Positions 56,497-64,000 of a DNA stretch of 64,000 nucleotides are shown here, piece after piece. Position 1 is the first letter of the stretch. The number at the start of each line of letters is the position of its first letter. The translations under genes and the position numbers were made by a program. The stretch is from Candidatus Fimimorpha faecalis (lineage in GTDB: Bacteria; Bacillota; Clostridia; Lachnospirales; Lachnospiraceae). The notes under the pieces are model-generated. The model made no database searches, was not told the DNA's origin, and saw only the letters and a program-made list of their open reading frames with translations. The stretch is from the NCBI GenBank assembly GCA_018712075.1, contig DVHN01000002.1, forward strand, positions 7,222-71,221. The letters are read 5' to 3'.

Positions 56497-57528
56497 ATGC
56501 AAACAAATACGAACAATATTACTCAATACATTCGCCGCAGTCAATGTCAGCAAATCATTTACCCAATTATTTTACTCCTATTAACAGTTATCATTACCGT
56601 GCAGCAGCCGATTTTTGACTATCTGCACTTAAGCTCTGCCGATCCAACCGTTCCGCTTTCTTCGGTTGTTTCAAACGAACATTCTTATATTAACATAGAA
56701 CATGCCAATTTATATTATACGGGGCAAGACTATTGGCTAAACGGCGAATTAACTGGACATTATTATTACGAACTTGCAGACAATTACTGCCGTTTTTATA
56801 TTCTCCCTGCCTCATCTGGAATTCCTGCAACTCCTCATTTGGAGGATATTACCATAAGGGGGCGAGCCATTTCTTTTGCAGATACAACCGATGAAATTTT
56901 ATCTGTGATGGCGCAAAAGCTTAATTGGAATAAAGAGGGTCTTAGTGAAATTACAGATTCATACATTATCAATACCCTTGTCTACCTTCCACTGCGAGAA
57001 CAAATTTTATTTATTGCTTTACTTATCTGTATCGTAATTAGTTTTCTTTCGATTATACGAATGCTTATTTATATTATTAATCCGCTGGAATCGCCTGCCT
57101 GTCGTCGCCTTCGGAAATATGGAAATTCTTCCAAAATCCTTACACAAGTAGAGCAGGAATTAAATCATAACTGTATCATTCGTACAAGTAATATGGCGCT
57201 TACTCCAAATTACTTAATCGAATTCTCCGAAGACGTCAGTGCCATTATTCCACTTGTTTCCGTCCTTTGGACTTATAAACACGGGGATTTAAAACGAAAT
57301 TGGAAACTTCAAAAAAAGATGCGTTATTCGCTTCATGTTATAACAAATAAAGGAGATACTTTTACTTTTAAAAACAAACAATCTTCCGATGTTGAACAGA
57401 TACTCAATGAGCTAATCAATCGTTATCCAAGTTTCTTTTATGGATATTCCGAAGAACATCTAGAGCTTGTGAACCATATTTTAAAAGACTTAAAAATGAA
57501 ACGCAGAAAAAAAAGAAAAACTTTTTAA
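56497..57528 (+). CDS. Hypothetical two-TM membrane protein of unknown function with a polybasic C-terminus
   Basis: 343 aa with SD ACAGGAG. TM segments lie at about aa 21-36 and 168-190. It ends in KMKRRKKRKTF. I recognised no catalytic motif. Confidence 0.6.
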   Translation: MQTNTNNITQYIRRSQCQQIIYPIILLLLTVIITVQQPIFDYLHLSSADPTVPLSSVVSNEHSYINIEHANLYYTGQDYWLNGELTGHYYYELADNYCRFYILPASSGIPATPHLEDITIRGRAISFADTTDEILSVMAQKLNWNKEGLSEITDSYIINTLVYLPLREQILFIALLICIVISFLSIIRMLIYIINPLESPACRRLRKYGNSSKILTQVEQELNHNCIIRTSNMALTPNYLIEFSEDVSAIIPLVSVLWTYKHGDLKRNWKLQKKMRYSLHVITNKGDTFTFKNKQSSDVEQILNELINRYPSFFYGYSEEHLELVNHILKDLKMKRRKKRKTF

Positions 57529-57679
57529 AAAAAATGAATACTTACCCAGAAAATGCACATAATAGAAATAGTTCTTCAAAAGAGTCGATTTGAAGAACAG
57601 TCAATTGGACTCCCCCTCCAAGTGACAAAAAGTATTTTTCGGATACAAATGATGAGAATACTTATCCTCCCCTTTTTTT

Positions 57680-57722
57680 ACGCCCTCTGGTAGCTTCGTG
57701 CAGCAGAGGGCGTACTTCTTTT
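57680..57722 (+). terminator. Intrinsic terminator (plus orientation) downstream of the 343-aa gene
   Basis: ACGCCCTCTG-(14-nt loop)-CAGAGGGCGT followed by ACTTCTTTTTT. Confidence 0.65.
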
Positions 57723-57728
57723 TTATGC

Positions 57729-57758
57729 AAAAGAAACCTCCAAAGGAAGTTTCTTTTT
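57729..57758 (-). terminator. Terminator after the flavodiiron gene
   Basis: AAAAGAAACCTCC-AAA-GGAAGTTTCTTTT (one mismatch), 8 nt after the stop codon on the minus strand, with T-rich flanks. Confidence 0.6.
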
Positions 57759-57765
57759 CTGTTTT

Positions 57766-59601
57766 TTATAACCGTTCAAAATCGTCTGCTCCATGTTTAC
57801 ATAGCGGACAGATAAAGTCTTCTGGAAGTTCATCTCCTTCATAAACATAACCACAGATTTTACAAATAAAGCCTTCTTTCTTTTCTAAGTTCAATGGCTT
57901 TGGTTTTACATGATCGAAGTAATACGCATAGGTAACGGAAGGATCATTGGTCAATACTTTTGCTTCTGTCACGTCTGCAACAAATAATGTATGGGTACCA
58001 AAGTCCATACTGGAAATTACCTTTCCAGATAAAAATGCATTTGTATACTCATTTAAATAAAGCAATCCATTCTGGCTTCTCTGTGCCTGACTCCAAGTTT
58101 CAAACTTATCTACATCCTTGCCACTCTGGAATCCAAAATGCTGGAATACGCTGAATGGTACATCCGTAGAGAGAACCGATACATTAAATTCACCTGTCTC
58201 CATAATCATATCATGGGTATAATTCGCTTTATTAACCGCAATCGTAATACGCTTTGGAATGTCGGTTAACTGTGTCACCGTATTGATGATACATCCATTA
58301 TCTCCCTTTTCATTCTTTGCTGTTAAAACGAATAATCCATAACTCAATTTAAACATTGCATTGACTTCTACATCTGATCCGTCATGTGCAACAACCGAAT
58401 GATCTGGAACAGATGCCACAATTTCCTCTACTAACGCATTTAGATTATCCAATTGATTTTCTTTTAAAGAAGATTTCACAGTTAATGTATTTTCCAGGAA
58501 ATTCATATTTTCGCACTTGGAAAGTTCTTCCTTCATCAACTCTCCTGCGGTTGGCGTCCAAGAACCATTTTCTACAATTGCAATGGTTCTATTTTGTAAA
58601 TTATGGTTTACAACATCATGGATGAAGTTTTCCATATTAATAAAGATACCCGCATTATACGTAGTAGAAACAAACACAATATGACTGTACTTAAATGCTT
58701 CCGCAATCAAATAGGAAGAATGTGTCACAGATACATCGTATACAACCACTTTTCTTCCAGCATCTGCGATCTTCGATGCCAGAATGTTCGCAACATTTTC
58801 TGTATTTCCATATACAGAAGCGTACACAATTAAAACTCCATCTACTTCTGGAGTATAGGTTCCCCAATGAACGTATTTTTCTAAGAAATATCCAATATTT
58901 TTACGCCATACAAATCCATGCAGCGGACAAATCATATTAATCTCGATGGATGCCGCTTTTTGTAACGCAGCCTGTACCTGTGTTGCATATTTTCCTACAA
59001 TGTTTGTATAATACCTTCTTGCCTCATCCAAATAATCTCTGTCAAAATCTACTTCATCTGCAAAGAGTTGTCCATTTAATGCTCCAAACGTTCCAAATGC
59101 ATCGGCAGAAAACAAAATTTTATTGGTTACTTCATAAGTCATCATAACTTCTGGCCAGTGTACCATTGGAGCCATTACAAACGTGAATGTATGCTGTCCT
59201 GTTGAAATCGTATCTCCTTCCTTTACAATAATGGTTCGGCTGTCCACATCAAACGTAAAAAATTGCTTCATCATCTCAGCAATTTTTTCATTACAAATAA
59301 TTTGTACTTCTGGATAACGTAATACAAACTCATCAATAACTGCTGCATGATCTGGTTCCATATGATTGACTACAAGATAGTCCATCTTACGTCCATTCCG
59401 CACACTCTCAATATTTTCAAAAAATTGTCCGCTTACGGACTTATCTACTGTATCCAATACCATTGTCTTTTCATCGGATACAAAATAGGAATTATAAGAA
59501 ACTCCCATTGGAATTGGATACACACTCTCAAACAAAGCTAATCGACGATCATTGCCTCCAATCCATGTAATATGTTCTGTCACTTTTTTTGTGCAATACA
59601 T
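57766..59601 (-). CDS. Multidomain flavodiiron protein: metallo-beta-lactamase-like diiron domain + flavodoxin + flavin-reductase-like domain + rubredoxin
   Basis: 611 aa. Diiron ligand motif VNHMEPDH, flavodoxin segment VLIVYASVYGNTE, a flavin-reductase-like segment (FKLSYGLFVLTAK...GCIINTVTQ), and the C-terminal rubredoxin CKICGYVYEG...CPLCKHG. Confidence 0.88.
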   Translation of the reverse strand: MYCTKKVTEHITWIGGNDRRLALFESVYPIPMGVSYNSYFVSDEKTMVLDTVDKSVSGQFFENIESVRNGRKMDYLVVNHMEPDHAAVIDEFVLRYPEVQIICNEKIAEMMKQFFTFDVDSRTIIVKEGDTISTGQHTFTFVMAPMVHWPEVMMTYEVTNKILFSADAFGTFGALNGQLFADEVDFDRDYLDEARRYYTNIVGKYATQVQAALQKAASIEINMICPLHGFVWRKNIGYFLEKYVHWGTYTPEVDGVLIVYASVYGNTENVANILASKIADAGRKVVVYDVSVTHSSYLIAEAFKYSHIVFVSTTYNAGIFINMENFIHDVVNHNLQNRTIAIVENGSWTPTAGELMKEELSKCENMNFLENTLTVKSSLKENQLDNLNALVEEIVASVPDHSVVAHDGSDVEVNAMFKLSYGLFVLTAKNEKGDNGCIINTVTQLTDIPKRITIAVNKANYTHDMIMETGEFNVSVLSTDVPFSVFQHFGFQSGKDVDKFETWSQAQRSQNGLLYLNEYTNAFLSGKVISSMDFGTHTLFVADVTEAKVLTNDPSVTYAYYFDHVKPKPLNLEKKEGFICKICGYVYEGDELPEDFICPLCKHGADDFERL

Positions 59602-59786
59602 ATTTTTTCTCCTTTCAGATTTCCTACGAATTTATTGCAAAAAGCCTATGCTATCTGCTATTCATTTTATTTTACTATAATTTTTTTATAATATCCAGTA
59701 AATTCTCTATTAATTTTTGTATTGGAGTGTTTTTTCTGTTATAGGATTATTCCTTCCATCTTTTAATTCAAAATAATATTCCTATT

Positions 59787-59837
59787 AAAAAATCTTCCTA
59801 GCCAAATAGGAGTTTCCAATAAGCTAAGAAGATTTTT
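59787..59837 (-). terminator. Terminator after the YesL-like gene
   Basis: A 15-bp stem AAAAATCTTCCTAGC / GCTAAGAAGATTTTT (one mismatch, 20-nt loop), with a T-run after it on the minus strand. Confidence 0.6.
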
Positions 59838-59844
59838 CAATGGA

Positions 59845-60525
59845 TTATCCGTTCGTTTCTTTTTCTACTTTGGAACATTCCAGTTCCTTGTTATTTTCCA
59901 TCGGCTCTATGATTTTTTCGTTCTCAAATATTTTTTTCAATACTGCTGCATGAAGAACTGCTGCCATAGAACCGCCCATTAAAATTTGAATCAATAACCC
60001 AATCGCCCAAATTTTCCCAATCATCCATAGAATTCCAATCCACACAGCCATATAAATCGTTTTTGGCAAATATTTAAATGCGAGCAACGCAGAATTTTGA
60101 ATTGTTAATTTTACTCCTGTCTCCATATGTACTGTCAATGGATAGCTATAGATCGAAAGGAAAAGATAGAGCATTCCAATTACAAGCACCAATCCTTTCA
60201 TCGTATCTGCAACGACTCCATTTATTTGCTGCCAGAACATCACGTCCATATAAATTCCAATTCCAACAACAAAAAGCGGAATCCATAACTTGGTTGCCTT
60301 TTTCCAATTTTTCCGAAATGCTTTATAAAATGATGGAACAATATATCCTTCCTCACCATTTAAAATTTGGAGTGCTATTTCATGGAGAGCTGCATTCGCC
60401 GCTCCGATTGTAACAATTGGAATACAGAACAAAATCCAAATCATATTTAATTTTACTAAATTGACGATTTTTTCCACGATCTGATATAGTTTACTATCTG
60501 CTCGGAATACACCTTCCATATCCAT
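59845..60525 (-). CDS. YesL-family (DUF624) membrane protein
   Basis: 226 aa with 5-6 TM segments and the N-terminal pattern LYQIVEKIVNLVKLNMIWILFCIPIVTIGAANAAL. It sits at the end of a sugar ABC operon, as is usual for DUF624. Confidence 0.75.
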   Translation of the reverse strand: MDMEGVFRADSKLYQIVEKIVNLVKLNMIWILFCIPIVTIGAANAALHEIALQILNGEEGYIVPSFYKAFRKNWKKATKLWIPLFVVGIGIYMDVMFWQQINGVVADTMKGLVLVIGMLYLFLSIYSYPLTVHMETGVKLTIQNSALLAFKYLPKTIYMAVWIGILWMIGKIWAIGLLIQILMGGSMAAVLHAAVLKKIFENEKIIEPMENNKELECSKVEKETNG

Positions 60526-60543
60526 ATCCTCCTAACTGATGTT

Positions 60544-61386
60544 TTATCCCTTTATACCTGTAGATGCAATACCTTCTACATAATATTTTTGAAGTACAAT
60601 GAACATAATTAACATTGGAATGGCAGAAATTGTCAGGGAAGCCATAATTGGGGCATAATTGATTGGCTTCGATCCAAAGAAAGTCTGGATGGCAAGCTGA
60701 ATCGTTCTCTTTTCCTCCCCTGTTACAACAAGCAGCGGCCACATAAAATCATTCCAATGCGCTACAAAGTCTAAAATAAAAATGGTTGCATAAACGGTAC
60801 CAGAAATCGGCATTACAACACGGAAAAATGTCTTAATCGGTCCGCATCCATCAATTGATGCAGCTTCCAATAAATCATTTGGAATATCCAGGAAGAATTG
60901 ACGAAACATATAGATACTAAAACATTTTGCAATAAATGGTACAATTAAACCAGCCCATTCATTAATCCATCCTAAATCTGCAACTTCTCGATATAAAGGA
61001 AGCATAATTGCTTCTGCTGGGAATACCATCAAACTAATTACTAGAGTCAGCAATGCATTTCTGCCTCGAAATTCAAATTTAGCCAGCGCATATCCACAAA
61101 TCGAATTGACAATCAAATCCAGTATAATAATAACAAAAACATAAAATAAGCTGTTTAAAATATATTTCCACATATCAATTCTCTGAAATACTTCCAGATA
61201 ATTGTCAAACGACGCATTCGATGGAATGAAGGTAGAAAGAGAATTCAAGTTTTTAAAGATCTCCGCTTCTGGCTTCAAAGAAGAAGCAACCATCCAAATC
61301 AATGGAGAGACAAAGATTAATCCAATCACTGTGTTTCCTACATAAAACGCTACATTTCCAAGTATTTTTTTCTGTTTCTGATTCAT
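60544..61386 (-). CDS. Carbohydrate ABC transporter permease (MalG/CUT1 type)
   Basis: 280 aa with the EAA loop LEAASIDGCGPIKTFFRVVMP. Confidence 0.92.
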   Translation of the reverse strand: MNQKQKKILGNVAFYVGNTVIGLIFVSPLIWMVASSLKPEAEIFKNLNSLSTFIPSNASFDNYLEVFQRIDMWKYILNSLFYVFVIIILDLIVNSICGYALAKFEFRGRNALLTLVISLMVFPAEAIMLPLYREVADLGWINEWAGLIVPFIAKCFSIYMFRQFFLDIPNDLLEAASIDGCGPIKTFFRVVMPISGTVYATIFILDFVAHWNDFMWPLLVVTGEEKRTIQLAIQTFFGSKPINYAPIMASLTISAIPMLIMFIVLQKYYVEGIASTGIKG

Positions 61387-61400
61387 ACGGCTCCTCCTTC

Positions 61401-62285
61401 CTAATCGGCTTTGATTAATTTTTTCATACCAAGTGATAAGATAACAACGATAACAAAGAAAATCGCTGCTACTGCACAGGCATATCCAAAGTTTCTCTTT
61501 TGAAGTCCCTGCTCATATACATAGTAAACCATCGTTCTCGTAGAGTTTTGAGGACCTCCTTTTGTCATAACATATGGCTGTGTAAATAACTTCATCGCTT
61601 GAATTACTGTGATCATAACAACATATTTAATTACATTTTTCAAACCAGGAAGTGTCACATACAAGAAACTCTTTAATTTTCCTGCTCCATCAATGGAAGC
61701 TGCCTCATACTGATCTCTCGGAATTCCTTGTAATCCTGCTAAGAAAATCATCATTTGATACCCAGCACCTTGCCACGCCGACATAAAGATAATCGAATTC
61801 ATTGCAGTATCTGGATCATTTAAAAATCCACTTGGCTCAAATCCGAGTTTTACTAACAATGCATTTAATAAACCACTTTCTGGATTGGAGTTGTACATAA
61901 CCGTCCAAAGAATTGCAACTACTACCATGGATGTAACCTGTGGACTAAAATATGCGGCACGGAAAATGGAAACTCCCTTTCTTCTTGAAGAAATTAATAA
62001 CGCCAGCGCCAATGCTAACACGGTCTGAAATGGCACAACGAGTACTGTAAAGTATAACGTATTCGTAAATGCTTTCCAAAAATCTTTATCTTGGAAAATT
62101 TCAATAAAGTTATCCAAACCACAAAATGTAATTCGATCTGGACGCATAATATTGTAGTTTGTAAATGCATAGCGCACCGTCTGCAATGCTGGGTAAATCA
62201 AAAATGCTGCTAATAAGATGACTGCTGGCAAAACAAAAATATAGGCTGCCGTTCTTTCACTCTTTTTTCCTACTGCTTTTTTCAT
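61401..62285 (-). CDS. Carbohydrate ABC transporter permease (MalF/CUT1 type)
   Basis: EAA loop YEAASIDGAGKLKSFLYVTLPGL. I set the start at the ATG at 62285 (MKKAVGKK), which has the SD GGAGGAAG. The ORF-track start would overlap the SBP gene. Confidence 0.92.
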   Translation of the reverse strand: MKKAVGKKSERTAAYIFVLPAVILLAAFLIYPALQTVRYAFTNYNIMRPDRITFCGLDNFIEIFQDKDFWKAFTNTLYFTVLVVPFQTVLALALALLISSRRKGVSIFRAAYFSPQVTSMVVVAILWTVMYNSNPESGLLNALLVKLGFEPSGFLNDPDTAMNSIIFMSAWQGAGYQMMIFLAGLQGIPRDQYEAASIDGAGKLKSFLYVTLPGLKNVIKYVVMITVIQAMKLFTQPYVMTKGGPQNSTRTMVYYVYEQGLQKRNFGYACAVAAIFFVIVVILSLGMKKLIKAD

Positions 62286-62304
62286 TATATCTTCCTCCTC
62301 TCCC

Positions 62305-63594
62305 TTAATTATTTGCATAATATTTTTGGTAATCTCGATCGGTCTTTTCTGCTACTTCATCCAACGCTTCCTGTGGATCAACTCCAGTAAAAATATTTAC
62401 CATCGCTTCTGCATAGGATGCCGACAGCACGCTGTAAGATGGCGTTCTTGGTCTTGGATGTCCTGTTTCCATCAATTGCTGTTTGAATAACGAACGTGGA
62501 TATTCATTGTATTCTGGCAGTACCTCATAACTGGAATTTCTAGTTGGAGGTTTTGCAATCGCCTGTGCATAGGTAGCAACATTTTCTTTTGACATTAAGA
62601 AATTCATTACTTCCTTTGCTGCCTCCAAATCTTGTACATCTCTTGTAACCGCAGCTGCCCAGTCTCCTGTTGGAGAAGTAGGAATTCCTCCGTCTGCCAC
62701 AGGGAAATAGGTAACTCCCCAGTTTAAATCTGGATAATCCTTTTCTAATGTAGCAACTTCCCAAGATCCGCCTAACATCGTAGCGGCTTTTCCATTGTGG
62801 AATTCTTTTTGAATTGGATCAATATTAGCATATCCTTCTTGAATCAGACTATTTAAAAATGCAGCAGCTTCTACCCCTTCTGGACTATTTACATATCCAT
62901 TTGCAGTACTTCCGTCTTCACTCACAAAGTCAGTTCCATTAGAAATCCAAAACTGTTCCAACACATATGGAAGACCTTCGCCTTTATCCATAATAATATT
63001 CGTTCCTACTACCCCATCCTTCGTCAATGCTTTTACAATCTCTTTGAATTCCGACCAAGTCCATGCATCCTCCAGTTTATCTGGTGCCGTCACGCCAATA
63101 CTGTCCAACATATCTTTGTTATAGTAGAGTGCAACCGAACTTTCTGTTGCACCAATGGCATAGATTTTCCCATTATAAGTTCCCTGTTCTTTGTTGGAAT
63201 CTAAAAAATCATCCCAATCTTCCTGTGTAAACATATCGTCCAATGGCTGAATAATTTCATTTGCTGCATAAACCGATACCGTTGGACCATCCACATAGAG
63301 AATATCTGGTAAATCATTGGAAGTAATTGCCGCATTGATCTTATCTTCATATGCATAGGAATCCGCACGTACAATTGCTTCTCTGCGCAGTTCAATGCTT
63401 CCTTCATGAGCCGCATTAAACTCATTAATTTTATCCACCCACCACTGTTCAATTGCTGGTTCGTCGCTCGGACTCCATACGGTAATGACCGATTCCCCAT
63501 CTGCGTTTACTCGTTCCTCTGCGTCTTTGCATCCTGTCAGCATTATCCCCATCATCGAAACCGCTGACAATAATACAATTGCCCTCTTCTTCAT
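62305..63594 (-). CDS. Extracellular sugar-binding lipoprotein of a CUT1 ABC transporter
   Basis: I set the start at the ATG at 63594 (SD GGAAAGGAGA). The lipoprotein signal peptide is MKKRAIVLLSAVSMMGIMLTGC with lipobox LTGC. The remainder is a typical family-1 SBP. Confidence 0.9.
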   Translation of the reverse strand: MKKRAIVLLSAVSMMGIMLTGCKDAEERVNADGESVITVWSPSDEPAIEQWWVDKINEFNAAHEGSIELRREAIVRADSYAYEDKINAAITSNDLPDILYVDGPTVSVYAANEIIQPLDDMFTQEDWDDFLDSNKEQGTYNGKIYAIGATESSVALYYNKDMLDSIGVTAPDKLEDAWTWSEFKEIVKALTKDGVVGTNIIMDKGEGLPYVLEQFWISNGTDFVSEDGSTANGYVNSPEGVEAAAFLNSLIQEGYANIDPIQKEFHNGKAATMLGGSWEVATLEKDYPDLNWGVTYFPVADGGIPTSPTGDWAAAVTRDVQDLEAAKEVMNFLMSKENVATYAQAIAKPPTRNSSYEVLPEYNEYPRSLFKQQLMETGHPRPRTPSYSVLSASYAEAMVNIFTGVDPQEALDEVAEKTDRDYQKYYANN

Positions 63595-63626
63595 AAAAAT
63601 TCTCCTTTCCCTTTCTTTATTTATAC

Positions 63627-64000
63627 TTAATGCCAGATAGAACGCATTGTATATACTTCCGCATAAGAAACTGCCTGCATATCCGCCCCATCCAGAATAA
63701 AGCATCCATTTTTATCCGAGTGGTAAAAGATTTTTGTTCCAACTGCTTCCCCATCATTGATATACACTTCTACCAATCTCCGATCAACAAAGAGTTCCAA
63801 TTCCTTCACTTCTGTCACATCTGCTTGAAATTTAATGCCTTCTGTCTTTACTCCATATGTTTCCATTCGGACTCCTTCCGAATCATTCTTTAAATAAATC
63901 GTTTTCTCCCCTTCTTTTCCAAGTAAAATTGAAAAATCGGTATTTTTCTCAAAGTGAATTTTTGCATAATAACAATTACCTGTAATCTCATCCAATTGAA
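63627..64000 (-). CDS. GH32 (sucrose-6-phosphate hydrolase / fructanase) C-terminal beta-sandwich, partial (N-terminus beyond window edge)
   Basis: The frame is open to the window edge. LELFVDRRLVEVYINDGEAV is the characteristic GH32 C-terminal motif. It lies upstream of the sugar ABC genes. Confidence 0.7.
   Translation of the reverse strand, partial: QLDEITGNCYYAKIHFEKNTDFSILLGKEGEKTIYLKNDSEGVRMETYGVKTEGIKFQADVTEVKELELFVDRRLVEVYINDGEAVGTKIFYHSDKNGCFILDGADMQAVSYAEVYTMRSIWH

Noticed and set aside
56388-56618. 76-aa plus-strand ORF overlapping the start of the 343-aa gene
   Set aside because: It is in a different frame from, and overlaps, the longer ORF that has a good SD. It has no motif.
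60494-60742. 82-aa minus-strand ORF spanning the permease/YesL junction
   Set aside because: It overlaps two well-supported genes out of frame, and its Cys/Arg/Gly-rich translation has no RBS.
63630-63893. 87-aa plus-strand ORF
   Set aside because: It is antisense to the GH32 C-terminal domain frame, which carries the family motif.
1-64000. Search for rRNA, tRNA, CRISPR arrays, IS elements, integrases, toxin-antitoxin pairs or known defence genes
   Set aside because: All intergenic regions longer than 100 nt were read on both strands. None shows cloverleaf-type acceptor or T-arm features, regularly spaced repeats, terminal inverted repeats or transposase-like ORFs. The window looks like core chromosome, apart from the glycan operon.

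Overview
This 64-kb chromosomal window comes from a low-GC Firmicute. The class is very likely Clostridia, because it carries a SCIFF peptide with its radical-SAM maturase, HydE/G/F, and Lachnospiraceae-like gene content. It is densely coding and about 85% of genes are on the minus strand. In coordinate order it contains: rpoC (3' end off-window) and rpoB; a nine-gene glycan operon (rfbF-rfbG-rfbH, ThDP enzyme, SDR, GT2, LicD, Wzx-like flippase, GT-C-like membrane protein); hydF, hydG, hydE, a TM1266-type small regulator and a GldA-like dehydrogenase; a co-directional block scfA (SCIFF, absent from the ORF track)-scfB-secDF-tgt-yajC; a CNNM/TlyC-type protein; a 1411-aa RND permease with a roughly 390-aa coiled-coil insertion; queH; rpoD; a lipid kinase; a plus-strand block (LiaF-like, pncB, malQ, plsC); ppiB; an HPr-like gene plus an orphan LytTR response regulator; the glycolytic operon gap-pgk-tpiA-gpmI with unusually long, repeat-containing spacers; a Na/Pi cotransporter; a PHP phosphatase; a cold-shock protein; hslO; a methyltransferase; an unknown membrane protein; a four-domain flavodiiron protein; and a sugar ABC transporter/YesL/GH32 locus. 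I recognised no rRNA, tRNA, CRISPR array, transposase, integrase or phage genes. The best candidates for undescribed biology are two. (1) The glycan operon joins a CDP-activated yersiniose-type branched 3,6-dideoxyhexose pathway to a polyprenyl-P GT2/flippase/GT-C decoration module and a LicD transferase. (2) The stand-alone RND pump has a long antiparallel coiled-coil hairpin inserted where AcrB-type pumps carry their docking region. All family calls rest on motif recognition by eye; no database search or computation was run.
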